Source of the DNA: Polyangiaceae bacterium
Lineage (GTDB): Bacteria; Myxococcota_A; Polyangia; Polyangiales; Polyangiaceae
Assembly (NCBI GenBank): GCA_044376115.1
Contig: JBILLK010000015.1
Span: 160,001 to 224,000, forward strand
Length of the DNA: 64,000 bases
Direction of reading: 5' to 3'
Every line of letters starts with the position of its first letter. The stretch's first letter is position 1. A program made the translations under genes and the position numbers. Below the pieces are notes generated by a model, which was given only the letters and a program-made list of their open reading frames with translations, was not told the origin of the DNA and searched no databases. This document shows, one piece after another, positions 18,703 to 28,330 of the stretch.

Positions 18703-21387
18703 ATGGCTCGTCGAGTATCAGGCCCCCGAATCTCAACAGCGCTGTTACTACTTCCGGTACTTGGCCTGGTTGCCTTCCAGGGCTGCGCCACCCTCCCCAC
18801 CGTTGATGGCAATACGTGCGGCGATGGGCTGCGCGCTGAGCAGGAGCAATGTGACCTCCCGAACGGCGGGGATGCCGCAACTGGATATTGCGGAAAGGCT
18901 GGAACCGAACACGAATGCCTGTGGATCGCTGGACCTGAGACCGCGGGATGTAGCCTGGGGAAGCTTCTAGATGGCGAGCGCTGCCTCGTGGCTTCAGGCG
19001 TCTTCGGCGCGGAGGAAAGCCTCCCAAGCCTTTACCCGGTAGCGACCGGAGACTTCGACGGCGATGGACAGGTTGACCTCGTCCATGACAGCTCGAGCAG
19101 CCGGACTGTGACTTTCTTTGATAACGGCCTAGCGGTGAATCCCGGCGTGGTGGTTGGGGCCAACAACTTCAACGACTGGCCGGCCGTTGACGTGGATAGG
19201 GACGGGCGAACCGACTTGCTCACGCCCACCACCGCGCGTGACGCCCTTGGGGTACTTGCCGGGCAGTCCAGTAGAGGGTTTGCAGCACGCTTTCAATCGT
19301 CGGTAAGCGTCCCCGCAGACAGCGGGTTGTTGGTTGCTCTCCCGCCAGCCCCGCGCACTTTCGAGAAACAAGAGTACTTTGACGCCGCAGACAGCTCCTT
19401 GCGTCAGCTAGGCGTCATCTACAAGAACGAGGGTTCGGGAGCAGCGCTTTGCCGAGTAGGGTTGGACACCGAGTGTGCGCTCCTCGAAGACGCGCTACCT
19501 GGTCTTTCTATTGAAGAGGCAACATCGGCCATCATCACCGACCCGTTCTTCCGCAGCAACGGGGGCACCAACGCTTACGTGACGGCGTACGCGGCGAAAG
19601 CGACTGCGACTGCATTCAGGCTACGCTCCACACCCACTGGGTTCACGATCGAGCCAGTCCCAGTGTCCCAAGAGATCTTTGAGAGCAACGATCAGTGTGC
19701 TGCGTGCGGCGTTGGCACATGTAGCTGCGCAACGACGTCTGCCAGAGGGATATTCGCCATGCGAGTCGTACCGACCGAGCCCAATGGCTCTAACTTTGTG
19801 CTCGCAGCAGCCGTTGCCTTCAAGATTGGGACTCAGGAGTATCTTGGCGCCTTCATCACTGGACTCGAGGCGGGAACAGCTTTCACTCCGGTAAACACTG
19901 TCGAGTCGGCCCTCCCACTGAACGGCAACATCTCGCGGATTGAGTTAGGAGATCTGGACGGTAACCCAGGAACTACAGAGTTCATTGTGCGCGAGACGCA
20001 GCCTGATGCGAGCTACTGCGTCTTTCTGGGGAAAGGCGCCATCGCAGATTGCCCCGATGGAAACTACACCGTGGGTGATGTCAATGGAGATGGATTTGAG
20101 GATGTAATCGGCGCGGATAGCGAGTCGACGGTTGGTGGGGTCATCTACTTTGGTGGCATTGATCTTCCACTTACCAAAGCGCCACTCGTCATAGAAGGTT
20201 ACAACCCAGAACTTTATGTCGCTGACCTGGATGGGAATGGCATCAAGGACGTTGTCGTAACGACCACACCTGCCCCAGAGGCGGGCCTTGAGCGAAGCCT
20301 CGTCATCCACTTTGGTCGACCGTTTGACGTGCCAGCGCCACCCGTCTCTCTCGGAAGCGCCCCGAACCGACAGGTTTTGCCAATCAAGCTTCAGGTCAAA
20401 TCGTCGGTAGATTTTGCTGGCGAGACGGCGGTTAGCGATGGCATTGACGACTTGGCCATCCTTCAGTCGGGGGACTCGGCGAGCTTCGTCACTGGAGACA
20501 TCAACGGCTATCCACTATCGCCCTACTTCTTTGCCAAGGATGTTCGCGACAAGCTAAAGCTTGCCGAGACAGACCTTCCGCTGCTTGTCTCAACAATCGC
20601 GCTACCAAACCGGGCAACGGCAACAGAACAAGGTGAACCTCCACCTCCGAACGAGGATGAACCGATTGCGCTCCTCACGTTTCTCGTCATTTCGGGAGAG
20701 AAGGAGTCGTACGCCATGCTTCCGCTGTTTGCGCGAAGCGGGCAGCTGAGCCTCAACTCAGCCAACGCCACGAGTCAAGCGCTGGACCTGGGAGGTGCCT
20801 TCCCTGTAAGCGATGCCGTTTTCTACGATAGAGCAAAGACGAAGTTCGGGGTGGTCGCTGCCGCGGACTACAACAGCGGTAAACGCACTGTACTGCTGCT
20901 CTCCCTTGATGGAGCAACGCTAACTCTTGGAAAGTCGGTGGAGGTTGACGCCTTTATCGGCGAAGATGGAGGCTTTATTGAACCTAGGATTCTAACCAGC
21001 TCGCTTCCCCCAGTTTCTGAGGACTCCACCCTGTGGTTGCTTCAAAGAACCGAAGAAGGGACAAGCCTCACGTCATTAACTGACGTAATTGAGCCCTTCG
21101 CGTTGGACACCAAAGATACTGGAGTGCAATGGCTTGGCCCTCACTCGGCGCAGATCGGAACCAAGGTAGTAGACTTCCGTGCCACGTTAGCGAGCGACCC
21201 CCCAAAGCTTGTGGAAGATACCTGTTTAAAAGCAGACAAGTCTTTCTTCGATCCATTGCTCCACACGTCTGCATTCTACCTAACCGGCAACGGCCTGCCT
21301 GATCGGGTTCGACTGTCCCCGGTAAGCATCGCCCCCCAGCTCGAGGGAACAACCTGTGAGGCTATTGAGGCAAGCAACTCGAACTAA
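18703..21387 (+). CDS. FG-GAP/VCBS-repeat lipoprotein
   Basis: Lipobox FQGC; repeated GDFDGDGQVDL, DVDRDGRTDL, GDVNGDGFEDV, ADLDGNGIKDV. Confidence 0.8.
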   Translation: MARRVSGPRISTALLLLPVLGLVAFQGCATLPTVDGNTCGDGLRAEQEQCDLPNGGDAATGYCGKAGTEHECLWIAGPETAGCSLGKLLDGERCLVASGVFGAEESLPSLYPVATGDFDGDGQVDLVHDSSSSRTVTFFDNGLAVNPGVVVGANNFNDWPAVDVDRDGRTDLLTPTTARDALGVLAGQSSRGFAARFQSSVSVPADSGLLVALPPAPRTFEKQEYFDAADSSLRQLGVIYKNEGSGAALCRVGLDTECALLEDALPGLSIEEATSAIITDPFFRSNGGTNAYVTAYAAKATATAFRLRSTPTGFTIEPVPVSQEIFESNDQCAACGVGTCSCATTSARGIFAMRVVPTEPNGSNFVLAAAVAFKIGTQEYLGAFITGLEAGTAFTPVNTVESALPLNGNISRIELGDLDGNPGTTEFIVRETQPDASYCVFLGKGAIADCPDGNYTVGDVNGDGFEDVIGADSESTVGGVIYFGGIDLPLTKAPLVIEGYNPELYVADLDGNGIKDVVVTTTPAPEAGLERSLVIHFGRPFDVPAPPVSLGSAPNRQVLPIKLQVKSSVDFAGETAVSDGIDDLAILQSGDSASFVTGDINGYPLSPYFFAKDVRDKLKLAETDLPLLVSTIALPNRATATEQGEPPPPNEDEPIALLTFLVISGEKESYAMLPLFARSGQLSLNSANATSQALDLGGAFPVSDAVFYDRAKTKFGVVAAADYNSGKRTVLLLSLDGATLTLGKSVEVDAFIGEDGGFIEPRILTSSLPPVSEDSTLWLLQRTEEGTSLTSLTDVIEPFALDTKDTGVQWLGPHSAQIGTKVVDFRATLASDPPKLVEDTCLKADKSFFDPLLHTSAFYLTGNGLPDRVRLSPVSIAPQLEGTTCEAIEASNSN

Positions 21388-21389
21388 CC

Positions 21390-22442
21390 TCAGGTACCTT
21401 GTGGACCACAAGCGCCAGTCAGCTCGCCATTGAGATAACACGGCAAACAGGCGTAGCCATTGGGGCAAGTGGTTTGAAGCACGAGGTCATGAAAAGGGAA
21501 TTCTTTCGCCTGCACTTCAATCGAGAGTGATTGGGTCTCCACCTCGGGAATGCAGCGCGGTAGGCATGCTCCCTCAACACTTCCGCCGCTGAACTGAATA
21601 ACGATGTCGGGCTCACAAGCCGTGCCCTCGAAGAACCCTTGGCTGGTGATTTGCTGGTAGACCTCGTCCGGGACGCAGCTGGTATCAGCCTGGCCGAGGG
21701 CCTCACACTCTGCTGTATCAAGCTCGACGTCACCACTTGCTCCGCTTACCAGGCTATTCGGCAAACAATGCCCTACGCCTTTGGACGCACAACAACCTGT
21801 GAAGGTGTTTTGCTCGACCGGAGTCGCCGGCGGGTCGTCACAGCTGAGTCCGCAAGCGCCGGTTGGCTCGCCCGTGAAAGGGTCGAAACAGGGTGCACAC
21901 TTCTCGCCGAGTTCGCATACGTCCACCGGCAGGAACGCAGCCTGCTCGGCGACGGACGGTAGACAGGATGAGACGCATCGACCCTCGAAGCCGTTCACCG
22001 ACGTGCAGTTCTTCAGATCGAACTTGTTCACGGTCTCGATGAACTTCGCGGGAACACACTTCGTCAGCCCATCAGGGCAGTCGGCGAGGAGCGCGAGTTG
22101 CTCCTCGGTGATGGCGCCAAGCAGTGCCGGCTCAAGGCAGCGAGCTTCTGCAGTGCATACCTCATCGGGGCATTGCACCCCAAGCTGCAGCAGCTCCGGC
22201 TTTAGACAATCTTGTACGCAGGTGTTGGGGTCTTCCTCGCAGGCCGCAGCGGAGCCACCCGCTCCGGAGCCCGCAGTCTCGCCACCCGCACCGTCGCTGG
22301 CGCCCGCGGCCGAGCCCGTGCCGTTTGCGTTCCCGTCGGAATCGGCGCCACCGGATTCACCATCTGCCTCGTCACCACAGCCGAGAGCAACGAAGGTCAG
22401 CGCGGCGAGAACCAGCAATCGGCAGCGGTTTGACTGAAGCAT
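21390..22442 (-). CDS. Cys-rich lipoprotein
   Basis: Lipobox ALGC, Gly/Ser linker, two repeats ending CxPC..GE.TGACG. Confidence 0.75.
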   Translation of the reverse strand: MLQSNRCRLLVLAALTFVALGCGDEADGESGGADSDGNANGTGSAAGASDGAGGETAGSGAGGSAAACEEDPNTCVQDCLKPELLQLGVQCPDEVCTAEARCLEPALLGAITEEQLALLADCPDGLTKCVPAKFIETVNKFDLKNCTSVNGFEGRCVSSCLPSVAEQAAFLPVDVCELGEKCAPCFDPFTGEPTGACGLSCDDPPATPVEQNTFTGCCASKGVGHCLPNSLVSGASGDVELDTAECEALGQADTSCVPDEVYQQITSQGFFEGTACEPDIVIQFSGGSVEGACLPRCIPEVETQSLSIEVQAKEFPFHDLVLQTTCPNGYACLPCYLNGELTGACGPQGT

Positions 22443-22453
22443 GACCTCCCATC

Positions 22454-22470
22454 AGCACGTGCCGCGCCAA
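22454..22470 (-). promoter_or_regulatory. Putative sigma54 (-24/-12) promoter
   Basis: Minus strand TTGGCGCGGCACGTGCT, GG-N10-GC; ATG starts 13 nt after the C. Confidence 0.55.
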
Positions 22471-22595
22471 GCCGTACGGATGAGCGGATCGCTGAAAAAC
22501 GCGGGTGCTTGGAAAGTTCCGCTCTCGTTCATCCTATGCTTTTGAACCAAAGTCGATCCACACATGGATCATGCTTTACCACGGTAGAACTTCAG

Positions 22596-25500
22596 TCAGA
22601 CCGTTGACGCCAATCGACTTTGAACAGCCGCCAAGATCGCCTCGTGGGTCACGGGCGAGGGCAGCGGAACCTCGCCGCCGGGCGCACCAAACGCGGCAAT
22701 CGCATCCCGAAGGGCTTCACGCGCGCTAATGGCCAGCATCAGCGGCGGCTCTCCCACGGCTTTGCTGCCGTGAATCACGCCCTCCTGGCCTGCGTTCGGA
22801 AGCAACGTTACGCGGAACTCGGCAGGAGCGTCGCCAATCGAAGGGATCTGGTACGTGCTGGCAGAATGGGTGAGAAGCCGCCCGTCCTTCCCCCATTTGA
22901 GCTCCTCGCCTGTGAGCCACCCCATCCCCTGGACGAAGCCACCCTCAATCTGACCGCGGTCGACCCCTGGGTTGAGCGACTCCCCAACGTCGTGAAGGAT
23001 ATCGACGGCGATGACGCGCTTCATGCCGCTGTAGCCGTCGACCTCGACCTCGGTGACAGCAGCTCCATAGGCAAAGTAGTAGAACGGCTTGCCCTTACCT
23101 TTTTTCTTGTCGTAGCCGATGCCCGGCGTTCGATAGAAGCCCTGGGCCGAGAGTTGAACCTGCTTCATATAGGCTCGTTCAACCACCCGCTCGAACGGAA
23201 GAGTGAGGCCGGGCACTTGGGGAGCCCGCACGAGCCCATGCTCGAACACGACAGCGCCCTCCGGAACCAACGTCCCGGATTCAGCGGTGAGGAGCTCGGC
23301 CGCGATGGGTGACAAGCGCTCGCGCAAAGTGACGCACGCCGCGCGCACGGCTTGGCCGTTGAGGTCCGCACCGCTGGAAGCAGCGGTCGCTGAGGTATTC
23401 GGCACCTTGTCGGTTTGCGTTCTCATCACGCGCACTACGTCTGCCGGGAGGCCCAGCTCGCGCATCGCGATGCCTTGCATTTTGGTGTAGAGCCCCTGGC
23501 CCATCTCGGTACCGCCGTGGTTTACCTGCACGGTGCCATCGCGATAGATGAGGACCAACGCCCCGGCTTGATTGAGCCACGTGGCGGTGAACGAGATACC
23601 GAATTTTACCGGGGTTATTGCGATACCCCGCTTCATCCGTTCGCTCCTCTCATTGAACGCCGAAAGCTGAGCCCGTCGTTCGGTGAACTTCGCTGACTCG
23701 AGCAGGCCGCTCCAGATCATTGGCAGCCGCTCATCTCCCAACTCCTGCCCGTAGTGGGTGGTGTTGGTTTCACCGCTACCACGATAAAGGTTCCGCTCGC
23801 GGACGAGCTCGGGCCTGAGCGAAAGTCGTCGTGCGATGCGATCGAGGATCTCCTCAATGACCAGCATCCCTTGCGGACCGCCGAACCCGCGGAAGGCCGT
23901 GTGCGAGACAACATTGGTTTTTGCGACTCGCCCGCTAAAAACGCAGGTCGGGACATAGTAGGCATTATCGAGGTGGAAGACGCCGCGATCGCAGATTGAC
24001 TCGGAGAGGTCCAAGGCCCATCCGCCGTCGGCGAAGAGGTCGATCTTGGCCGCTAGCAACTTGCCTTGCTCGTCGAACCCAACCTCGAAGCGAGCGTGAA
24101 ATGGATGTCGCTTGCCGGTTACCTGCATATCGACGTCACGGTCGAGCTGCACCCGAACCGGCTTCCCCGTCTTCATCGCCGCTAGGGCAACGGCGGCGGC
24201 CCAGGCGTTACCCTGCGTCTCTTTGCCTCCGAAGCCCCCCCCCATTCGCGGGGATTGCACGGTGATCTTGTTGCGCGGTCGGTCCAGTACATGGGAGACC
24301 ACGGCCTGTACTTCGGAGGGGTGCTGCGTCGAGGAGGCGATGAACATCTCGCCGTCTTCACCGGGTTCGGCCCAGGCTGCGTGGGTTTCTAGATAGAAGT
24401 GCTCTTGGCCTCCAATATCGAATTCACCGCTGAGCCTGTGTGGACTCGCTGCAAGTGACGCATCGGCGTTCCCCCTTTTGATGAGGTGCGGCTCGGAGTG
24501 AAAGCTGTGCTGTGCAATCGCTTCACGCGCGCCAAGGATGGCGGGCAGCGGCTCATAGCCGACCTTCACCTTGAGCGCCGCCTTGCGGCACTCCTCGGCG
24601 CTACGCCCCACCACCAACGCAACCACCTGACCGTGGAAGAACACCTCGCCATCGGCGAATAGCGGCTCATCATGGCGAACTGCTCCGACGTCATTCATGC
24701 CGGGGACGTCCTTGGCGGTAAGCACGCACGCAATGCCCGGCTCGCGGAGAGCCGCGCTAACGTCGATCAAGGTGATGCGTGCGCGAGCGTGAGGGCTCAT
24801 CACCGGCCACAGCTCGAGCATGTCGCGCCGTCGGGCGGTGTCATCCACGTAGAGCGCTGAGCCGGTAACGTGCCCAACCGCGCTCTCGTGCGTGAGGCTA
24901 CGACTCTTATCCTGCGGGCGACAGATTGGCGCAGCGTCATCCTCGACTTGGAACAGAATCGGCCTGTCTTGGGCCTCGCTGGTTTCTCCGCTCCAAAACT
25001 TCAAGAACAGGCCTTCAATCAGTTGGCGGCGGAACGGCGAGGCCGAGCGCACGTCATCGATCGGAGTGAACTCTTGCGCGAGGATGGGCAGGGCTTGGCG
25101 TACTGTCTCTTCACTCCAAGCCTTGCCCAAAAGAAAGGCCTCCGTCTTCCGCGCTCGCGCGGGGGTGGCGGCAACGCCACCATAGGCCAGACGTGCATGA
25201 CGCACGACCTTGGCCTCATCAAGCTCCAGAACGAAAGCCGCAGCGGTAATGCTGATATCGAGTTCGCGCCGCTTGGAAACTTTGTACGAGTCCATTTGGC
25301 GCTGGCAGCTGGCCACATGCGCGCGATTGCGCGGTAGCAAGATCGTCAGCAGGATCTCGTCTGGCTCGAGCACCGTCTTTCGGTAAGCGACGAAGAAGTC
25401 GGCAAGCTTCACCGTGCGCGTCGACCCAACTTTAGCCAGGACGACCTCGGCATCGAGCGCGAGCAGGATTGGCGGCATGTCTCCGATCGGCGAGGCCGTT

Positions 25501-26417
25501 ACAAGGTTGCCTGCTAGCGTCGCGCGATTGCGAATTTGCCTCGAGGCGAAGGCCCAAAGCATCTTATCGATCATTGGGTACTCGCCAGCGAGCGCTTCTT
25601 CGATCGCCGTCAACGTTGCAGCTCCGCCGATGCGGAAGAACTGGTCGTCTTGAGCGATCGTGGCCAATTCTCGTACGCCCTCTGTCGACACCAGCAACGA
25701 GTAGTGACGGTGTGCCTTATTGATGTAAACGCCAAGCTCGGTAGCACCGCCCACGAGCTCCGCCTTTTCGCGCAGCTCCGACTTGATTTGAAGCAGCTCG
25801 GCGAGCGAACTCGGTCGCAAGAAGGTCTCCCCTTGGCTCTCGTAGGAGAACGCTGGTACCGCGCCGTCATGCTTGTTGAGCCGAAGCTTGAATAGGTCTG
25901 GGGCTTGGGGTCGGGCCGCGAGCGACTGCAGCATAGCCTCGCGAATAGGTCGGTAGCCGGTGCAGCGACAGAGATTACCGTTCAGTTGGTCTCCCAGCTG
26001 GTGCTTCTGACGTTCCTCGGAGCCGAGGTCTTCGCGGTAATACGCCTCAAACATCGAGAGCACGAAGCCGGGGGTGCAATAGCCGCATTGCGAACCGTAG
26101 TTGTCGACCATGGCCTGCTGCACGGGATGCAGGTGCGCAGGCTCAAAGGCCACGCCCTCTACCGTGACGAGCTCACGCCCGGCGACCATCGGCAGCAGCG
26201 TGATGCAGCTGTTGATCGCGCGGTAGGTGCGTACGCCGTGTGCGTTGGTATCGACGAGCGCGACGGTGCAAGCTCCGCAGTCACCTTCTGCGCAGCCTTC
26301 TTTGCTGCCTGTTCGGCCGTTATTGCGAAGCCAGGTAAGCAGCGACACGTTGGTCGACGCGCCCTCCACGCGAACCGGGGCACCGTTGAGAACAAAGTCG
26401 AAGGCGGTCTTAGCCAT
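22596..26417 (-). CDS. xdhAB: Xanthine dehydrogenase, fused 2Fe-2S/FAD (XdhA) and molybdopterin (XdhB) domains
   Basis: KEGCAEGDCGAC, QCGYCTPG, GNLCRCTGY, QIRNRATLAGN, GGGFGGKE, AFRGFGGPQG, GQIEGGFVQG, SKAVGEPP in one ORF. Confidence 0.93.
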   Translation of the reverse strand: MAKTAFDFVLNGAPVRVEGASTNVSLLTWLRNNGRTGSKEGCAEGDCGACTVALVDTNAHGVRTYRAINSCITLLPMVAGRELVTVEGVAFEPAHLHPVQQAMVDNYGSQCGYCTPGFVLSMFEAYYREDLGSEERQKHQLGDQLNGNLCRCTGYRPIREAMLQSLAARPQAPDLFKLRLNKHDGAVPAFSYESQGETFLRPSSLAELLQIKSELREKAELVGGATELGVYINKAHRHYSLLVSTEGVRELATIAQDDQFFRIGGAATLTAIEEALAGEYPMIDKMLWAFASRQIRNRATLAGNLVTASPIGDMPPILLALDAEVVLAKVGSTRTVKLADFFVAYRKTVLEPDEILLTILLPRNRAHVASCQRQMDSYKVSKRRELDISITAAAFVLELDEAKVVRHARLAYGGVAATPARARKTEAFLLGKAWSEETVRQALPILAQEFTPIDDVRSASPFRRQLIEGLFLKFWSGETSEAQDRPILFQVEDDAAPICRPQDKSRSLTHESAVGHVTGSALYVDDTARRRDMLELWPVMSPHARARITLIDVSAALREPGIACVLTAKDVPGMNDVGAVRHDEPLFADGEVFFHGQVVALVVGRSAEECRKAALKVKVGYEPLPAILGAREAIAQHSFHSEPHLIKRGNADASLAASPHRLSGEFDIGGQEHFYLETHAAWAEPGEDGEMFIASSTQHPSEVQAVVSHVLDRPRNKITVQSPRMGGGFGGKETQGNAWAAAVALAAMKTGKPVRVQLDRDVDMQVTGKRHPFHARFEVGFDEQGKLLAAKIDLFADGGWALDLSESICDRGVFHLDNAYYVPTCVFSGRVAKTNVVSHTAFRGFGGPQGMLVIEEILDRIARRLSLRPELVRERNLYRGSGETNTTHYGQELGDERLPMIWSGLLESAKFTERRAQLSAFNERSERMKRGIAITPVKFGISFTATWLNQAGALVLIYRDGTVQVNHGGTEMGQGLYTKMQGIAMRELGLPADVVRVMRTQTDKVPNTSATAASSGADLNGQAVRAACVTLRERLSPIAAELLTAESGTLVPEGAVVFEHGLVRAPQVPGLTLPFERVVERAYMKQVQLSAQGFYRTPGIGYDKKKGKGKPFYYFAYGAAVTEVEVDGYSGMKRVIAVDILHDVGESLNPGVDRGQIEGGFVQGMGWLTGEELKWGKDGRLLTHSASTYQIPSIGDAPAEFRVTLLPNAGQEGVIHGSKAVGEPPLMLAISAREALRDAIAAFGAPGGEVPLPSPVTHEAILAAVQSRLASTV

Positions 26418-26664
26418 TGGTCGGATGATACCCATCGCCGAAGGCGCCGCCTGCCGCAAGATCCCCCCCAAAATCTGATGGATCCAAGGGCAGTCGAGAC
26501 ACCTCGGGTACTTTCACCGCCCGCCGCTGAATGCAGGCCGTCGAGTGTGCAAGCGCGCCGGCTCAGCGCAGCTCTGCTTGGTCCTGACTGAGTGCCCCCA
26601 TTTGTTGGCGCAATTGTCACCTCGACAGGTTGACTCGCTCGGGAGCGGACACTAAGGAGTCCTG

Positions 26665-27216
26665 ATGACCGGAGATGATCGAAGGTTCAAGGAGCCGGGC
26701 CGGTCCGGCACGGTACCTACTGTCGGTTCGACGCCCAACGGGCGGTATACGACCATAGCTTCTTCAGCGCCTCCCTCCCAACGCACGCGTAAGGCGTCGT
26801 TCACCCGGCATTCTTTCGGGCCATTGCGAAGTCTGGTGGTCGCCCCGGATAGCGATATCCGCCGTGGTGTAACGCGGATTTTGGAGAACCACGAAGGAGA
26901 AGTGCACGCTGCAGGCTCGTTTGGCGAGGCCTTTCATCTCGTCGAGACGCTGCCTCCGGCAAAGACCTTGTTGCTCATTGATCCGTTGCTGCCAGGGTTT
27001 GAGCCCCGCCTCGTAGGCATGTTTCGCCATCATTGGAACGTTGCTGGAGGGCCAGCCGTGCTGATCTCTGCCATCAGTGCACCGGTGCTCGAAGACGTGA
27101 TGAGAACAACGGGAGCGGACGGCTTCTTGGTGACCACGAAGGGGCTCCTTCATCTCGACACAGCGCTAGCAAGCTGGCTCGAGCGACTCGATCTGGCGAA
27201 AGCCAGCACAGGCTGA
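26665..27216 (+). CDS. Atypical response-regulator receiver domain protein
   Basis: LLLIDPLLPG, VLISA, GADGFLV..KG; AAGGAG RBS. Confidence 0.6.
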   Translation: MTGDDRRFKEPGRSGTVPTVGSTPNGRYTTIASSAPPSQRTRKASFTRHSFGPLRSLVVAPDSDIRRGVTRILENHEGEVHAAGSFGEAFHLVETLPPAKTLLLIDPLLPGFEPRLVGMFRHHWNVAGGPAVLISAISAPVLEDVMRTTGADGFLVTTKGLLHLDTALASWLERLDLAKASTG

Positions 27217-27224
27217 TCGCGCTC

Positions 27225-27740
27225 GTGCGAGCGCTGTTAGTTCTCATCGGGCTCGTACTGCTTTCGGGCTGTAGGCGGAACGAGCGACACCCGCAGGCCG
27301 ACCCGCCAGGCATGCAGCGGGAAAAGGGAGCCAAGGTGTCGCTCCCCGCGATAGATGGATTTAGTCGACAGCGCTACGGCGCCTCAGGCGCCGACCTCGA
27401 GGCCAATGGTGGGTTGGCGCTGGTCAAACTTGGCGAGAGGCCGCTTGCGATCGTGGCCGAGGTGGACAACCTCCCGATCTTGAGTTGGTCCGCAAGGAGC
27501 TGCTCGAGTGCAGCGGAGGACTTTGCGCGCGATCGCCGCGAGCAAGTCGCTGAATACGAAGTAGCGGTGCTCGCGACGGGGGAGGCCTGTCACTACGTCA
27601 CGGAGGGTCCTGGTCTGCGCATGGAGATCTTTCATATCGCGGGCCGACCAACCTTCGTCGTCGCCTGTCGCTCTACGTTGGAGGATGCGGATTTTTCCGA
27701 GCAGTGCAGGCACGCCGCTACCTGGGTGCGGGATCGCTGA
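27225..27740 (+). CDS. Hypothetical lipoprotein
   Basis: VRALLVLIGLVLLSGC lipobox; start estimated at GTG 27225. Confidence 0.55.
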   Translation: MRALLVLIGLVLLSGCRRNERHPQADPPGMQREKGAKVSLPAIDGFSRQRYGASGADLEANGGLALVKLGERPLAIVAEVDNLPILSWSARSCSSAAEDFARDRREQVAEYEVAVLATGEACHYVTEGPGLRMEIFHIAGRPTFVVACRSTLEDADFSEQCRHAATWVRDR

Positions 27741-27787
27741 ACCAGAACCCGGTCGACAAAATGGTGTGGCGATGCTTGGCTCTGCCG

Positions 27788-28306
27788 ATGTGTTCCCGAC
27801 GTGAGGCGTTAGCGTTGATAGCAGTGCAAGCAACCGGGCTTTGGGTCGTGGGCTGCGGCGCGGACGCGGTTACAGTTCATCTCGTACGCCACGCGGAAAA
27901 GGCCGTCCCCCTCGACGGTAGCAAAGACAAGGACCCTGCACTTTCAGAGAAGGGATCTGCGCGAGCCGCTGCACTGGCGACCGCGCTCTCAACGGTAAAG
28001 CTCAGTGCAGTCTTCGCCAGTGAATGGCGACGTACGCAGGATACGGTCGCGCCCACAGCAAAAGCGCAAGGGCTCAACGTGGAGGTCATGAAGGCGGACG
28101 ACACGCCTGCGCTGGTCGTGAAGCTGAAGACGTATAGCGGCAAGCATGTACTCGTCGCTGGTCACTCGAACACGGTGCCAGAAATCGCGGCGGCGCTGGG
28201 CTTGCCGGAGCCACCAAAATTAGGTGATGACGACTACGGCGACCTATTCGTCGTCAAGGCAGGAGCCTCGGGCGCTACCCTCGAGAAACGACGCTTCGAA
28301 GGCTGA
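27788..28306 (+). CDS. Histidine phosphatase (SixA/phosphoglycerate-mutase family), putative Tat lipoprotein
   Basis: LVRHAEK, L...G..RA, S...RT..T, LVAGHSNT; N-terminal SRREAL..VVGC. Confidence 0.85.
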   Translation: MCSRREALALIAVQATGLWVVGCGADAVTVHLVRHAEKAVPLDGSKDKDPALSEKGSARAAALATALSTVKLSAVFASEWRRTQDTVAPTAKAQGLNVEVMKADDTPALVVKLKTYSGKHVLVAGHSNTVPEIAAALGLPEPPKLGDDDYGDLFVVKAGASGATLEKRRFEG

Positions 28307-28330
28307 GCGCCACAGGGTCTCCCCACACAA

